From Candidatus Saccharimonadota bacterium (GTDB lineage Bacteria; Pseudomonadota; Gammaproteobacteria; Enterobacterales; Enterobacteriaceae): a stretch of DNA of 32,000 nucleotides. The notes beneath the pieces are model-generated. The model was not told the DNA's origin and ran no database searches. It was given only the letters and a program-made list of their open reading frames with translations. Below are positions 1 through 10,508 of the stretch, one piece after another. Where the stretch lies: assembly GCA_045690015.1 (NCBI GenBank), contig CP145877.1:1-32000 (forward strand), given 5' to 3'. The position numbers and the translations under genes are program-made. Each line of letters opens with the position of its first letter. Within the stretch, counting starts at the first letter, position 1.

Positions 1-24
1 AATGTATATGCAATATATTTTAGC

Positions 25-561
25 TTATTTTTTTTTAAGATTGATATTACGTTCAAGAGATATTACGATCTCTTGTTTTGATTCTTCTACATCAGCCCAT
101 CCCATTATTTTTGTCCATTTATTTCTTTCCATATCTTTGTAATGGGTAAAAAAATGAGAGATTTTTCTTAGTAATACTTCTGGTAAATCTTTAATCTGCT
201 GGAATGAATCATATTCAGTAGTTAATTTACTATGAGGCACAGCTATGATTTTAAAATCATCACCCGATTCATCAATCATTTTTAGCATACCTATTGGTCT
301 ACAAAGAATCACGCTTTTTGCTTGCAAAGAAGGTCCTATTACCAAACTATCAAGTGGATCACCATCATTTGATAATGTATGATTTATATATCCATAGTTA
401 CAAGGATAAAGCATGGAAGTGTTTAAAAATCTATCAACAAATAGTGTTCCACTATTTTTATCCATTTCGTATTTTATTGAATTAGAGTTTAATGGTATCT
501 CTATGATAACATAGATATCATCGGGTAAATTTTCACCACTTGGAATTGAATCTAAATACAT
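25..561 (-). CDS. ppa: inorganic pyrophosphatase
   Basis: The 178-aa ORF aligns end to end with E. coli Ppa from memory (DIYVIIEIP, YPCNYGYINHTLS, DGDP.D, AVPHSKL, HFF.HYKD). Confidence 0.95.
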   Translation of the reverse strand: MYLDSIPSGENLPDDIYVIIEIPLNSNSIKYEMDKNSGTLFVDRFLNTSMLYPCNYGYINHTLSNDGDPLDSLVIGPSLQAKSVILCRPIGMLKMIDESGDDFKIIAVPHSKLTTEYDSFQQIKDLPEVLLRKISHFFTHYKDMERNKWTKIMGWADVEESKQEIVISLERNINLKKK

Positions 562-659
562 TAAATTATCCTTATTGGATAGAATACTAGTAAATATTCC
601 TAATATAATAGATTTTATACCTAAGGTAATGCAAATGATTTCATCTTAAGAGAGTAAAT

Positions 660-1292
660 ATGTTTCAAAGTATAATTTTTATAATTTCAGCACCTAGTGG
701 AACTGGAAAAACCAGTATAATTCAAAGTTTCTTAAAAATGCAAATATTAAATAGAGTGAAATTATCTATTTCTCATACTACCAGAAAAAAACGTGTCCAG
801 GAAAAAAATGGAGAACATTATTATTTTATCCAGTGTGATCAATTTGATAAAATGATAAAACAAGGAGAATTTTTGGAATATACCAAAATGTTTGGTAATT
901 TTTACGGTACTTCACGTACAGAAGTTCAAAGATTGCTTTCAAATCACATAGATATTTTACTAGATATCAATTGGCAAGGAGCTCAGCAAATTCGTGAACA
1001 CATGCCTCAAACTAAAATATGTAGCATTTTTATACTACCACCCTCAAAAAAGGAATTAATTAAACGTTTATATTCCCGTGGACAAGATAGTAAACAATCG
1101 ATTGAAGATCGTTTTGCACAAGCCGTTTCAGAAATGAAACATTATAAAGAATATGATTACATTATTATAAATGATAAATATGATCAGGCAGTATCCGACT
1201 TAAATACTATTTTTAATGCCGAAAAGTTAAGATTATCTCAACAAATAGTTCATAATAGTGTTATTATTAGTCAATTACTAGCAAACTCATAA
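660..1292 (+). CDS. gmk: guanylate kinase
   Basis: Carries the P-loop SAPSGTGKTS plus SHTTRKKR and NWQGAQQIR, is colinear with E. coli Gmk, and is followed by rpoZ as in E. coli. Confidence 0.95.
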   Translation: MFQSIIFIISAPSGTGKTSIIQSFLKMQILNRVKLSISHTTRKKRVQEKNGEHYYFIQCDQFDKMIKQGEFLEYTKMFGNFYGTSRTEVQRLLSNHIDILLDINWQGAQQIREHMPQTKICSIFILPPSKKELIKRLYSRGQDSKQSIEDRFAQAVSEMKHYKEYDYIIINDKYDQAVSDLNTIFNAEKLRLSQQIVHNSVIISQLLANS

Positions 1293-1323
1293 ATAATAAA
1301 CTTTCTTAGAGAAATATTTTTAT

Positions 1324-1530
1324 ATGGCACGTATAACTGTTCAAAAAGCAGTCGAAAAAATTGGTAATCGTTTTGATTTAGTTTTAATCGCGGCAAAAAG
1401 AGCTCGTCAGATCCAGAAAGATCATCAAACTCCATTAGTTTCAGAAGACCATGATAAAACTACTATCATTGCATTAAGAGAAATTGAACAAGGATTAATC
1501 TCTAGAAATTTCTTCGAAGATCTTAAATGA
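1324..1530 (+). CDS. rpoZ: DNA-directed RNA polymerase subunit omega (short form, 68 aa)
   Basis: The N-terminus [29 protein letters not shown] matches E. coli RpoZ. The C-terminal tail is shorter than the 91-aa E. coli protein. Confidence 0.9.
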   Translation: MARITVQKAVEKIGNRFDLVLIAAKRARQIQKDHQTPLVSEDHDKTTIIALREIEQGLISRNFFEDLK

Positions 1531-1610
1531 CTTAGATTTAATTTTTGAAAATAAATTAGGTTTTATAAACATTTCATAAACCTCTTAATTATAAAAAATT
1601 TAAATATAAT

Positions 1611-1635
1611 AAGCTAGCTAAGCTTTGTTTATTTT
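1611..1635 (+). terminator. candidate rho-independent terminator after gmk-rpoZ
   Basis: Stem AAGCT (1611-1615) and AGCTT (1621-1625) with a 5-nt loop, followed by tttgtttatttt. The stem is short, so this is weak. Confidence 0.35.
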
Positions 1636-1667
1636 CATGGTTAATTATATATAATGAAACCGAAAAA

Positions 1668-2312
1668 ATGAAATTATGGAAACGTCAATTCATTGAATTT
1701 ATATTACATAATAAAGTATTAAGATTTGGAGAATTCACTCTAAAATCTGGACGTTCTAGCCCTTATTTTTTTAACCTTGGTACGCTTCGAACTGGAGAAG
1801 ATCTAGCATTATTAGGACGTTTTTATGCGAATGCATTAATAGATTCAGGTATAGAGTTTGATATAATATTTGGTCCCGCTTATAAAGGAATATTTATTAG
1901 TACCGCTACTACAATCGCTTTGGCCCAATACTATGGTAAAAAAGTACTATATTGTTTTAATCGTAAAGAAGCTAAAACTCATGGAGAACATGGATTATTT
2001 ATAGGTGCTCCACTAGAAGGACGTATTATATTAGTAGACGATGTTATCACTACAGGAAGTACTATTCATGAATCTATGCACCTAATCCAACAATCTAAAA
2101 TTAATAGTAATAGATTAGCTGCAATACTAATAGCTTTAGATCGTGAAGAAGTAAGTAAGAACCAAACAATTTTTTCTCAGGAACTAGAAAAATCATTTAA
2201 TTGTAAAGTAATATCTTTAATTTCTATAACAGAATTAATCAATTATACGGATATTAATAATCCATACATTGCTCAAAAACTTCGTTTTTATCAAAAAAAA
2301 TATGGGCGGTGA
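1668..2312 (+). CDS. pyrE: orotate phosphoribosyltransferase
   Basis: FGEFTLKSGRSSPYFFN, FGPAYKG and the PRPP-binding motif ILVDDVITTGSTI are present, and the ORF is colinear with E. coli PyrE. Confidence 0.95.
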   Translation: MKLWKRQFIEFILHNKVLRFGEFTLKSGRSSPYFFNLGTLRTGEDLALLGRFYANALIDSGIEFDIIFGPAYKGIFISTATTIALAQYYGKKVLYCFNRKEAKTHGEHGLFIGAPLEGRIILVDDVITTGSTIHESMHLIQQSKINSNRLAAILIALDREEVSKNQTIFSQELEKSFNCKVISLISITELINYTDINNPYIAQKLRFYQKKYGR

Positions 2313-2322
2313 AGGTGAATAT

Positions 2323-2336
2323 CTCTACTAGTAGAG
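2323..2336. terminator. 14-nt perfect palindrome between convergent pyrE and dut (possible bidirectional terminator)
   Basis: CTCTACTAGTAGAG is its own reverse complement and lies in the 41-bp gap between two convergent stop codons. There is no clear U-tract. Confidence 0.25.
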
Positions 2337-2353
2337 TATAACCATGATAGCCT

Positions 2354-2818
2354 TTAAATATAATCTGAATGTCCAAAACTACCACTTCCACGCTTACTCG
2401 CAGGAAAACTGTTCACTACATTTAATTCTACTTGTATAATAGGTAAAAAAACTAATTGAGCAATTTTATCATTTGGTTTAATATTAAATGGTCTTGTGCC
2501 TCTATTCCATAATGAAATCATTATTTCACCTTGATAATCAGAATCAATTAAGCCTATCAGATTTCCTAATACTAATCCATGTTTATGACCGAGTCCAGAC
2601 CTTGGTAAAATAAATGCAGCCAATGAAGGATCAGCAATATGAATAGCTAAACCTGTTGAAATTAATTTGGTATCTCCGGGATTTAATTCGAGTATTTCAT
2701 CTAAACACGCACGTAAATCTAATCCTGCAGAACCAGAAGTTGCATAACTAGGTAATAATAGATCTTTATTTAAATTAATGCGATTATCAATAATTTTAAC
2801 GTTTATTATTTTTTTCAT
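2354..2818 (-). CDS. dut: dUTP diphosphatase
   Basis: [19 protein letters not shown] and [10 protein letters not shown] are present. I moved the start to the ATG at 2818 ([11 protein letters not shown]), which matches the E. coli Dut N-terminus MKKIDVKILD. The track ORF begins 5 codons upstream. Confidence 0.93.
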   Translation of the reverse strand: MKKIINVKIIDNRINLNKDLLLPSYATSGSAGLDLRACLDEILELNPGDTKLISTGLAIHIADPSLAAFILPRSGLGHKHGLVLGNLIGLIDSDYQGEIMISLWNRGTRPFNIKPNDKIAQLVFLPIIQVELNVVNSFPASKRGSGSFGHSDYI

Positions 2819-2905
2819 AGTATAATGAAACAAAAAAATCTAAAATAAAACCCATAGTATATATATAGATAATAATAAGTACAAGTAGGATGGGAAATAA
2901 TTATT

Positions 2906-3139
2906 ATGTCACGATTTTGTCAAGTTACCGGAAAACGTCCATTGATTGGTAATCATCGTTCGCATGCGATGAATGCTAAAAAACGAAGATTTTTACCTAA
3001 TCTACATTCACATTATTTTTGGGTTGAAAGTAAACAAATGTTCGTAAAAATGCGTATATCTTCAAAAGGAATGAGAATAATTAATAAAAAGGGTATAGCT
3101 TCAGTTATGAGTGAAATCAAATATTCTAATAAAGGATAA
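2906..3139 (+). CDS. rpmB: 50S ribosomal protein L28
   Basis: [12 protein letters not shown]...[24 protein letters not shown] matches E. coli L28. Confidence 0.95.
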   Translation: MSRFCQVTGKRPLIGNHRSHAMNAKKRRFLPNLHSHYFWVESKQMFVKMRISSKGMRIINKKGIASVMSEIKYSNKG

Positions 3140-3142
3140 AAT

Positions 3143-3313
3143 ATGGCTAAAAAAGTATTACGAGAAAAAATTAAGCTTATATCTTCTGCTAATACAGGAC
3201 ATTTTTATACTACTACTAGAAATAAAAAAAATCAGCATGAAAAAAAAATGCAGTTGAGAAAATTTGATCCTAAAATTCGTAAACATGTAATTTATAAAGC
3301 AGTAAAAATTTAA
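3143..3313 (+). CDS. rpmG: 50S ribosomal protein L33
   Basis: Not in the ORF track (56 aa). My own translation is [56 protein letters not shown], which matches E. coli L33. It starts 3 nt after the rpmB stop, as in the rpmBG operon. Confidence 0.93.
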   Translation: MAKKVLREKIKLISSANTGHFYTTTRNKKNQHEKKMQLRKFDPKIRKHVIYKAVKI

Positions 3314-3335
3314 AAAAAAATAGGATTTATATAAA

Positions 3336-4145
3336 TTGCCAGAACTACCAGAAATTGAGACTATTTGTCGTGGAATGAAATTCTCTTTAATAGGTAAAAC
3401 AATTATTCATTCTGTAATCCACAATGGAGGGTTAAAAAAACCTGTATCAAAAGAAATATATACACTGCACTATCAGAAAATATTAAATATACAACGTCGT
3501 GCTAGATATATTTTAATACAACTACCTTTAGGTTATATAATGATTCATTTAGGTATGTCGGGTAGTTTACGTATTTTTCCTTTTAATACTATAGTAAAAA
3601 AAAATGATCATATAGATTTAATAATAAACAATGGAAAAATCTTACGTTATACCGATCCTCGTCGTTTTGGCATGTGGCTCTGGAGTAATTCACCATATAC
3701 ATCGGAACAGTTAAAAGAATTAGGTCCTGAGCCTTTAACTAATGACTTTTCAGATAATTATTTATTTAGTAGATCTCGTAATCAACGAGTAGCAGTAAAG
3801 TCTTGGCTAATGGATAATAAATTTGTAGTAGGAATTGGTAATATTTATTCTAATGAATGTTTATTTTTAGCTGGAATTTTACCTCTTCGTCTGATATCTA
3901 CTTTAAATTTTTTAGAATCACAATGTTTGGTTAACACCATAAAAAAAGTATTACTACATGCTATTATTCTTGGAGGTACTACATTACGTGATTTCTGGGA
4001 TATTAATGGTAAGTCGGGATATTTTGGTAATGAATTAAAAGTATATGGTCGTGCAGGTAAACCATGTTGGAAATGTGGTACAATAATTAAACGTATTAAA
4101 TATAAACAGCGTAGTACTTTTTTTTGTTGTAAGTGCCAATCTTAA
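3336..4145 (+). CDS. mutM: formamidopyrimidine-DNA glycosylase (Fpg)
   Basis: A TTG start is followed by PELPEIET (catalytic N-terminal Pro). MSGSLR, YTDPRRFG and the C-terminal zinc finger CWKCG...CCKCQ are present. The length is 269 aa, as in E. coli. Confidence 0.93.
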   Translation: MPELPEIETICRGMKFSLIGKTIIHSVIHNGGLKKPVSKEIYTLHYQKILNIQRRARYILIQLPLGYIMIHLGMSGSLRIFPFNTIVKKNDHIDLIINNGKILRYTDPRRFGMWLWSNSPYTSEQLKELGPEPLTNDFSDNYLFSRSRNQRVAVKSWLMDNKFVVGIGNIYSNECLFLAGILPLRLISTLNFLESQCLVNTIKKVLLHAIILGGTTLRDFWDINGKSGYFGNELKVYGRAGKPCWKCGTIIKRIKYKQRSTFFCCKCQS

Positions 4146-4246
4146 TTAATTAAATTTCTTGTAAAGAAGAAAAATATTTAACCATTGTAAGAAGAAAAAT
4201 TTCATTTATAATGAAAAAAATATTTTAATGGGACTAACCAAATTTA

Positions 4247-4684
4247 ATGCAAAAAATAATGCTATTTTATAGAATACATCCTACACTTTGTATTATTTGG
4301 ATTATCTTACTGATATTATTAGTAATCTGCATAATGAGAGTATTATTTAGTAAATATAAATTCATTACTTGTACTGAAGCAACACTTTTAATTAATAAAC
4401 AAGATGCTAAAATTATTGATATTCGTCCTAAGGATGAATATTATTACGCACATATTCCTAATTCTCTTAATATATTAGGAACTGATATTAAAAATGGTCT
4501 TTATGGAGAACTAGACCAATATAAAAATTGTCCTCTTATTATTGTGGGATCTGGAATAAATCCAATGGATGAAACAGAAATTGCATCAAAGTTAAGTAAT
4601 TCAGGATTCCAAAAAATCTATATTTTAGAATCAGGAATAATTAGCTGGAATAATGATTATTTACCCTTAGTTAACGGCTCCTAA
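4247..4684 (+). CDS. yibN: rhodanese-domain membrane protein, YibN-like
   Basis: MQKIMLFYRIHPTLCIIWIILL compares with E. coli YibN [22 protein letters not shown]. There is one N-terminal TM helix and a rhodanese-like C-terminal domain ending LPLVNG. Confidence 0.8.
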   Translation: MQKIMLFYRIHPTLCIIWIILLILLVICIMRVLFSKYKFITCTEATLLINKQDAKIIDIRPKDEYYYAHIPNSLNILGTDIKNGLYGELDQYKNCPLIIVGSGINPMDETEIASKLSNSGFQKIYILESGIISWNNDYLPLVNGS

Positions 4685-4886
4685 CATTAATATCCTGATT
4701 AAAATCAAGTAGTAAGAAAACTCAGTTAATTATTATTTTTATATAAAAATTTATTGATGATTGAAAATAAAAAGTGAATCTCTCAATGTAAAAGGTAGAA
4801 ATATTTTCCTAATAAATCATTATACTGTAATTGTAATGTAAGTTAAGTTTAAGTTCAAAAAATTAATCATTCCTTTCTTAACCAAC

Positions 4887-5678
4887 CTACTTACCTACGT
4901 AAGACTGATTAATTTTTGCTCTTATAGAGCTCTTTATAATATTATAAAAAGCTATTACATTTAAACAGGATTTTCCAATTAATACTCCATCAATATCAGG
5001 TTGTCTAATAAATTCAGAGACATTAGTTGAATTCACAGATCCTCCATATTGAATAGTAAGTTTTTCAGCAATATCTAGATTTTTTGTAGCAATATAATCA
5101 CGAATAAATTTATGTATTAATTGCGTATCTATAGGTGATAAGGTATTTCCAGTACCAATAGCCCAAATGGGTTCATAAGCAATTACTGTCTCTTGAAATG
5201 CATCTACACCATGTATATCTAGGATACTTCTAATCTGTCGTATACATACTTCTTCTGTTTTACCATTCTCATTTTCAATCTTATTTTCACCAATGCAGAA
5301 GACCGGTATAAGCCCTACACTTTTTACTATAGCAAATTTTTTAGCTATTAGCTCATCATTTTCTTGATGATAAATGCGACGTTCGGAATGTCCTATTATA
5401 ACATATTTCACACCAATGTCTTTTAACATGTTGGCAGATATATCTCCTGTAAAAGAACCCTGTATATTAATATCTACATTTTGAGCTCCCAAGTACATAC
5501 AAGTACCAAGAAGAGCTTGATTTACTTGATCTAAATACATAACAGGAGGAACAATAACTACTTTACAAGATTTTTCTGGAATATTCCTTAATTTATTACG
5601 TAACATTCCTATATAATTTTTAAGGATTTTTTTATTCCCATTGAGTTTCCAATTCGCTGTTATTAATAAATTACGCAT
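4887..5678 (-). CDS. tpiA: triosephosphate isomerase
   Basis: ANWKLNG, IIGHSERR, AYEPIWAIGTG and QYGGSV are present. Confidence 0.95.
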   Translation of the reverse strand: MRNLLITANWKLNGNKKILKNYIGMLRNKLRNIPEKSCKVVIVPPVMYLDQVNQALLGTCMYLGAQNVDINIQGSFTGDISANMLKDIGVKYVIIGHSERRIYHQENDELIAKKFAIVKSVGLIPVFCIGENKIENENGKTEEVCIRQIRSILDIHGVDAFQETVIAYEPIWAIGTGNTLSPIDTQLIHKFIRDYIATKNLDIAEKLTIQYGGSVNSTNVSEFIRQPDIDGVLIGKSCLNVIAFYNIIKSSIRAKINQSYVGK

Positions 5679-5684
5679 TTATTA

Positions 5685-6437
5685 TTACCAATAATGCTCG
5701 GTTGTTATATGACCAATATCTTTACCATGTCGCAAATGCTTAGACATTTTTTTATTTTTTTTTAATATTTCTTGTGTTTCACGTACCATATTGGGATTTC
5801 CACATAACATAACATGAGTATTTTCGAAGTTAATTTCAATTTTTAGACTTTCTTCAAGCTTTCCCTCAGCTATTAATGCTGGTATACGTCCTAATAAAGA
5901 TCCCGGAATAGATTCTCGACTCACTATCGTTTGAATATTTAATTTTTCATTATAACGTTGTTTAAGTTGTTGCATTAATGGTAAATAACATAGATCTCTA
6001 GCATAACGTACTGAATGAACTAGTACTATTTGATCAAATCTATCTAAATCTTTACCCTCTTGGAGTATTGATAAATATGGTCCAATCCCTGTCCCTGTTG
6101 CTAACATCCATAGATTCTTACAAGTTGGAATTTCTTTTAATGTAAAAAAACCGCATGCTTGTTTAGAAATTAATAAGTTATTAGCAATTTTAAGATCATG
6201 CAAATAAGGAGTTAATTTTCCACCTTTTACTGTCACTATATAAAATTCTAAATCCTTATCACTTGGAGCATTCACATATGAATAGGCACGTTGTATACGT
6301 TTATGATTAATTTCCAAAGCAATCTTCGCAAATTGTCCTGCTATAAAAGGAGATATAGCAGCATGGACCTTAAGTGTAAATAAATTTTCTGTCCAATGTC
6401 TTATTTGTATAACTTTTGCTACCACCCAATTACTCAT
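5685..6437 (-). CDS. fpr: ferredoxin/flavodoxin-NADP+ reductase
   Basis: RAYSYVN, MLATGTGIGPYLSIL, HVMLCGNP and the C-terminal EHYW are present. The position between tpiA and glpK is the same as in E. coli. Confidence 0.93.
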   Translation of the reverse strand: MSNWVVAKVIQIRHWTENLFTLKVHAAISPFIAGQFAKIALEINHKRIQRAYSYVNAPSDKDLEFYIVTVKGGKLTPYLHDLKIANNLLISKQACGFFTLKEIPTCKNLWMLATGTGIGPYLSILQEGKDLDRFDQIVLVHSVRYARDLCYLPLMQQLKQRYNEKLNIQTIVSRESIPGSLLGRIPALIAEGKLEESLKIEINFENTHVMLCGNPNMVRETQEILKKNKKMSKHLRHGKDIGHITTEHYW

Positions 6438-6500
6438 ACAAATACCTCTTTTTACTCTAATAGCTTTTATAAAAAATTAATTAAATAAGATGATTTAAGT

Positions 6501-8003
6501 TTATTTTTTCCATCCTCGGGTTAAAGAAACAGCCTTATGCCATTGTTTATATCTATAATTTCTCTCCCATAAAGTAATACGTGGTATAAAATACCGTTCA
6601 ATCATTAATTTAGCATGTATCTCCTTTAAATCCCTCCAAAAGCCTACAGCTAATCCTGCCAAAAATGCTGCTCCTAAAGCTGTAACTTCACGTAAGTTAG
6701 GACGTTCCAAATGAATTCCAAGAATGTCCGACTGAAATTGCATTAAAAAATTATTGGTTACAGCTCCTCCATCTACTCTAAGCATATTTATACAAAAATT
6801 TGTATCGGCTTGCATCGATTCGAGAACATCACGAGTTTGGTAAGCAATTGATTCTAATGTAGCTCTAATGATATGACTTGCATTTGCACCACGAGTTAAT
6901 CCAAAAATAGCACCTCTAGCATATGGATCCCAATAAGGAGTACCTAACCCAGTAAAAGCTGGAACAACATATATACCATTAGTATTTTTCACCTGAGTAG
7001 CAAAATACTCTGAATCCGCTGCAGAATTTATTAATTTTATTTCATCACGTAACCATTGGATAGATGCTCCCGCAATAAATACTGTGCCCTCAAGGGCATA
7101 ATTGACTTCACCATGTGGACCACATGCAATAGTAGTTAATAAACCATGAGTAGAATTAATAACTGTTGAATTCGTATTCATTAACATGAAGCATCCTGTA
7201 CCGTAAGTATTTTTAGTCATTCCAAATTTAACACATAATTGGCCGTAAAGTGCTGCTTGTTGATCTCCCGCTATACCAGCTATAGCAATTTTTTTCTCAT
7301 GTATTCCACATATGTTAGTTACACCATAAATTTCTGAAGAAGAACGAACCTGTGGTAAGATTATACTTGGAATGTCAAATATATCTAACAGCTTTTGATC
7401 CCATTCAAGTGTATGTATATTAAATAACATAGTACGAGAAGCATTGGTATAATCTGTAACATGTACACGTCCTTGAGTCATTTTCCAGACCAACCAAGTA
7501 TCAATAGTCCCAAATAATATTTCACCACGTTTAGCCTTTTCCCGTACTCCTGAAACATGATCAAAAATCCATTTAACTTTAGTAGCAGAAAAATAAGGAT
7601 TTATTACTAATCCAGTAGTCTTCTGAATATAATTTTCCCATCCATCTTTCTTTAGTTTATCACATAAATCCGCCGTACGAGAACATTGCCATACAATAGC
7701 ATTGTATACTGGTTTACCAGTTACTTTATCCCAAATCACAGTTGTTTCTCGTTGATTAGTAATACCAATACCTAAAATTTGATCGGATTTAATATCTGCA
7801 TATGCAAGTACATCTATCAACGAAGAACATTGAGATGCCCATATATCTAATGGATCATGCTCTACCCATCCAGCTTTAGGATAAATTTGTTTAAATTCAC
7901 GCTGTGATATTGCTACAATATTTACATCATGATCTAATACCACTGCACGAGAACTAGTTGTACCTTGATCAAGAGCAATAATGTATTTGTTATCTATAGC
8001 CAT
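6501..8003 (-). CDS. glpK: glycerol kinase
   Basis: [32 protein letters not shown] and [17 protein letters not shown] are present. The ORF is 500 aa and colinear with E. coli GlpK. Confidence 0.96.
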   Translation of the reverse strand: MAIDNKYIIALDQGTTSSRAVVLDHDVNIVAISQREFKQIYPKAGWVEHDPLDIWASQCSSLIDVLAYADIKSDQILGIGITNQRETTVIWDKVTGKPVYNAIVWQCSRTADLCDKLKKDGWENYIQKTTGLVINPYFSATKVKWIFDHVSGVREKAKRGEILFGTIDTWLVWKMTQGRVHVTDYTNASRTMLFNIHTLEWDQKLLDIFDIPSIILPQVRSSSEIYGVTNICGIHEKKIAIAGIAGDQQAALYGQLCVKFGMTKNTYGTGCFMLMNTNSTVINSTHGLLTTIACGPHGEVNYALEGTVFIAGASIQWLRDEIKLINSAADSEYFATQVKNTNGIYVVPAFTGLGTPYWDPYARGAIFGLTRGANASHIIRATLESIAYQTRDVLESMQADTNFCINMLRVDGGAVTNNFLMQFQSDILGIHLERPNLREVTALGAAFLAGLAVGFWRDLKEIHAKLMIERYFIPRITLWERNYRYKQWHKAVSLTRGWKK

Positions 8004-8209
8004 ATAGACATTCCTAGTACTAAAAACTTTACTTATTTAAAACTTATTCCATAACATAACTACATATATTTTCAAGGAAAGAACGTTATGAATAAATATT
8101 ATTTATGTAAAGTTTAAAATCACACTAGAGAGAAATACTGCTTAACTAGCTTATTCAGTTAAATATATTTAAACTAGTATAGTATTTCTAATACTAATAT
8201 AAAATCTGA

Positions 8210-8229
8210 ATTAGATTCTTTAATCTAAT
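8210..8229 (-). terminator. weak AT-rich hairpin downstream of hslU
   Basis: ATTAGATT / AATCTAAT forms an 8-bp stem with a 4-nt loop, 26 nt after the hslU stop. The stem is almost all A/T, so this is low confidence. Confidence 0.2.
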
Positions 8230-8254
8230 AGACGCTTTCCTTTAAAGAAAAATT

Positions 8255-9589
8255 CTATAAGATGAAACGACTTAAATCTTCATCTGTTATTAATTGATCT
8301 AAATGATTGGATACATATTTCTCATCAATAGTAATTTTTTCACCACTAAGATCGCTAGCTTCGTAAGAAATTTCCTCCATTAATCGTTCTAACACCGTAT
8401 ATAACCTTCTAGCTCCAATATTTTCTGTAGTCTCATTAACTTGCCACGCCGATTCAGCAATGCGACGAATACCATCTTTAGTAAACTCAATGTCTACCCC
8501 TTCTGTGGCCATCAAAGCTTTGTATTGTATAGTCATCGATGCATTTGGTTCAGTAAGAATTCGTTCAAAATCATTGGTTGTCAAAGCTTGTAATTCTACA
8601 CGAATTGGCAAACGTCCTTGAAGTTCTGGAATTAAGTCAGAAGGACTTGAAACTTGAAAAGCACCAGAAGCTATAAATAAAATATGATCAGTTTTTACTA
8701 TTCCATGTTTAGTAGATACATTACATCCTTCAACTAAAGGTAATAAGTCTCGTTGTACTCCTTCTCGAGACACATCCGGCCCAGTTGATTCTCCGCGTCT
8801 ACAAATTTTATCTATCTCATCTATAAACACAATTCCATGTTGTTCTACTGCTTCAATAGCTTCTTTTTTTAATTCTTCAGGATTAATTAATCTTGAGGCT
8901 TCTTCTTCTACCAACAATCTCATTGCATCTATAATTTTTAATTTATGTTTCTTTTGTTTTTGACCACTTAAATTTTGAAACATGGATTGTAATTGATTGG
9001 TCATTTCTTCCATGCCTGGGGGTGCCATAATTTCTATTCCCATGGGGGCAGTACTTAAATTAATCTCTATCTCCTTATCGTTCAAAACTCCATCTCGTAA
9101 CTTTTTTCGAAATAATTGTCTAGTTAATGAAAATTCTTGAGCTACTTCTTTTTCTTTATTGCTCCAATTAGTAGACGGAGGTACTAAAACATCTAATATA
9201 CGCTCCTCTGCCATCTTTTCAGCACGATTGCGATTTTGTTCCATACTCAGAACACGTACCATTTTTATGGCAGAATCAGTTAAATCTCGGATGATAGAAT
9301 CAACTTCTTTACCTACATATCCTACTTCAGTAAATTTGGTAGCTTCCACTTTAATAAATGGTGCATTAGCTAATCTTGCTAAACGACGAGCAATTTCCGT
9401 TTTTCCTACGCCAGTTGGACCAATCATTAGAATATTTTTGGGAGTAATTTCATGACGTAATTCTTCATCTAATTGCATACGTCGCCACCGATTACGCAAA
9501 GCTATTGCAACAGCACGTTTAGCTCTATTTTGACCAATAATAAATTTATCTAATTCACTGACTATTTCCCGAGGCGTCATTTCAGACAT
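8255..9589 (-). CDS. hslU: ATP-dependent protease ATPase subunit HslU
   Basis: [19 protein letters not shown], the Walker A motif [15 protein letters not shown] and FIDEIDKI are present. The ORF is 444 aa. Confidence 0.96.
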   Translation of the reverse strand: MSEMTPREIVSELDKFIIGQNRAKRAVAIALRNRWRRMQLDEELRHEITPKNILMIGPTGVGKTEIARRLARLANAPFIKVEATKFTEVGYVGKEVDSIIRDLTDSAIKMVRVLSMEQNRNRAEKMAEERILDVLVPPSTNWSNKEKEVAQEFSLTRQLFRKKLRDGVLNDKEIEINLSTAPMGIEIMAPPGMEEMTNQLQSMFQNLSGQKQKKHKLKIIDAMRLLVEEEASRLINPEELKKEAIEAVEQHGIVFIDEIDKICRRGESTGPDVSREGVQRDLLPLVEGCNVSTKHGIVKTDHILFIASGAFQVSSPSDLIPELQGRLPIRVELQALTTNDFERILTEPNASMTIQYKALMATEGVDIEFTKDGIRRIAESAWQVNETTENIGARRLYTVLERLMEEISYEASDLSGEKITIDEKYVSNHLDQLITDEDLSRFIL

Positions 9590-9600
9590 AATAAAGATCC

Positions 9601-10131
9601 TTACGCTTTAGAGGTTAATTCTTCAATAGTAAAGTTCTGGTTAGTATAAATACAGATATCACCTGCTATAGTTAAAGCTTTTTCTGTAATTTCACGAGCA
9701 TTAAGATTAGTTGTTTCTAACATAGCCCTAGCTGCTGCTTGAGCATAAATTCCACCAGAACCAATAGCTATAAGATTATTTTCTGGTTGAATAATGTCAC
9801 CATTACCGGTAATAATCAAGGAGGCACTTTCATCTGCTACTGCTAATAGTGCTTCCAATCTACGTAACATACGATCAGTACGCCAATCTTTGGCAAGTTC
9901 TACTGCAGCCTTAACTAAATGTCCCTGATATATACCTAATTTACGTTCAAAACGTTCAAATAATGTAAACGCATCTGCTGTTCCCCCTGCAAAACCAGCA
10001 ATTACATGATCATTATAAAGACGACGCACTTTTTGAACATTTCTTTTCATTATAGTGTGTCCGAGTGTCGCTTGACCATCACCACCCATTACTACCTTAT
10101 CATTACGACGTACACTTAGTATTGTTGTCAT
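9601..10131 (-). CDS. hslV: ATP-dependent protease subunit HslV
   Basis: The N-terminal MTTILSVRR carries the Thr nucleophile, and GGDGQ.TLG is present. The gene lies directly upstream of hslU. Confidence 0.96.
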   Translation of the reverse strand: MTTILSVRRNDKVVMGGDGQATLGHTIMKRNVQKVRRLYNDHVIAGFAGGTADAFTLFERFERKLGIYQGHLVKAAVELAKDWRTDRMLRRLEALLAVADESASLIITGNGDIIQPENNLIAIGSGGIYAQAAARAMLETTNLNAREITEKALTIAGDICIYTNQNFTIEELTSKA

Positions 10132-10223
10132 TTATAACTCCCAGTTGTCAACTAAACATAGGATTATAGTGATAGATAATAATCATAATACGACTACTAT
10201 GTCATGATCATTTACTTATATAT

Positions 10224-10253
10224 ATATGGGGTGATATTACTTATATTCAACCC
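10224..10253 (-). promoter_or_regulatory. sigma-32 (RpoH) type heat-shock promoter of hslVU
   Basis: The minus strand reads GGGTTGAAT-ATAAGTAATATCA-CCCCATAT. That gives a -35 TTGAA (10246-10250) and a -10 CCCCATAT (10224-10231). Fifteen nt separate TTGA from CCCCAT, the same spacing as in the E. coli hslV promoter (CTTGATGACGTGGTTTACGACCCCATTTA). The site lies about 95 nt upstream of the hslV ATG. Confidence 0.6.
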
Positions 10254-10508
10254 TTTCTATTTCTAATAAAAAATAAAATTATCTATCATGTATTATTACA
10301 TTATTTCCTTCGTACAAGCAGATTAATTTGATCATACCATACGATTTATTACATTGCTTTTTGAATCATTTTTTTCTATTTAGATGCATGATAAATTTCT
10401 ATAAACAACTGCAAATAATAAACTAATATTTTTTTCTAACAAAGGAAGTTAGAATAACTTTTATTAGATACTAAGAAGTAAATAATACCTACCAATAGGA
10501 ATAATAAT

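Noticed and set aside
294-485. 63-aa plus-strand ORF inside ppa
   Set aside because: It is entirely antisense to the well-supported ppa CDS, has no recognisable motif and has low-complexity composition. It is a typical shadow ORF.
3224-3248. Two poly(A) runs (8 and 9 A) inside rpmG, considered as slippage-prone sites or a frameshift
   Set aside because: The reading frame is intact and encodes a full-length L33. Long A-runs are simply common in this AT-rich genome.
4159-4200. Direct repeat TTGTAA(A)GAAGAAAAAT x2 upstream of yibN
   Set aside because: It is a short, purine-rich, low-complexity repeat with only two copies and one indel. It has no obvious function beyond a possible promoter duplication.
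9159-9455. 98-aa plus-strand ORF inside hslU
   Set aside because: It is antisense to highly conserved hslU, has no RBS and shows no similarity I recognise.
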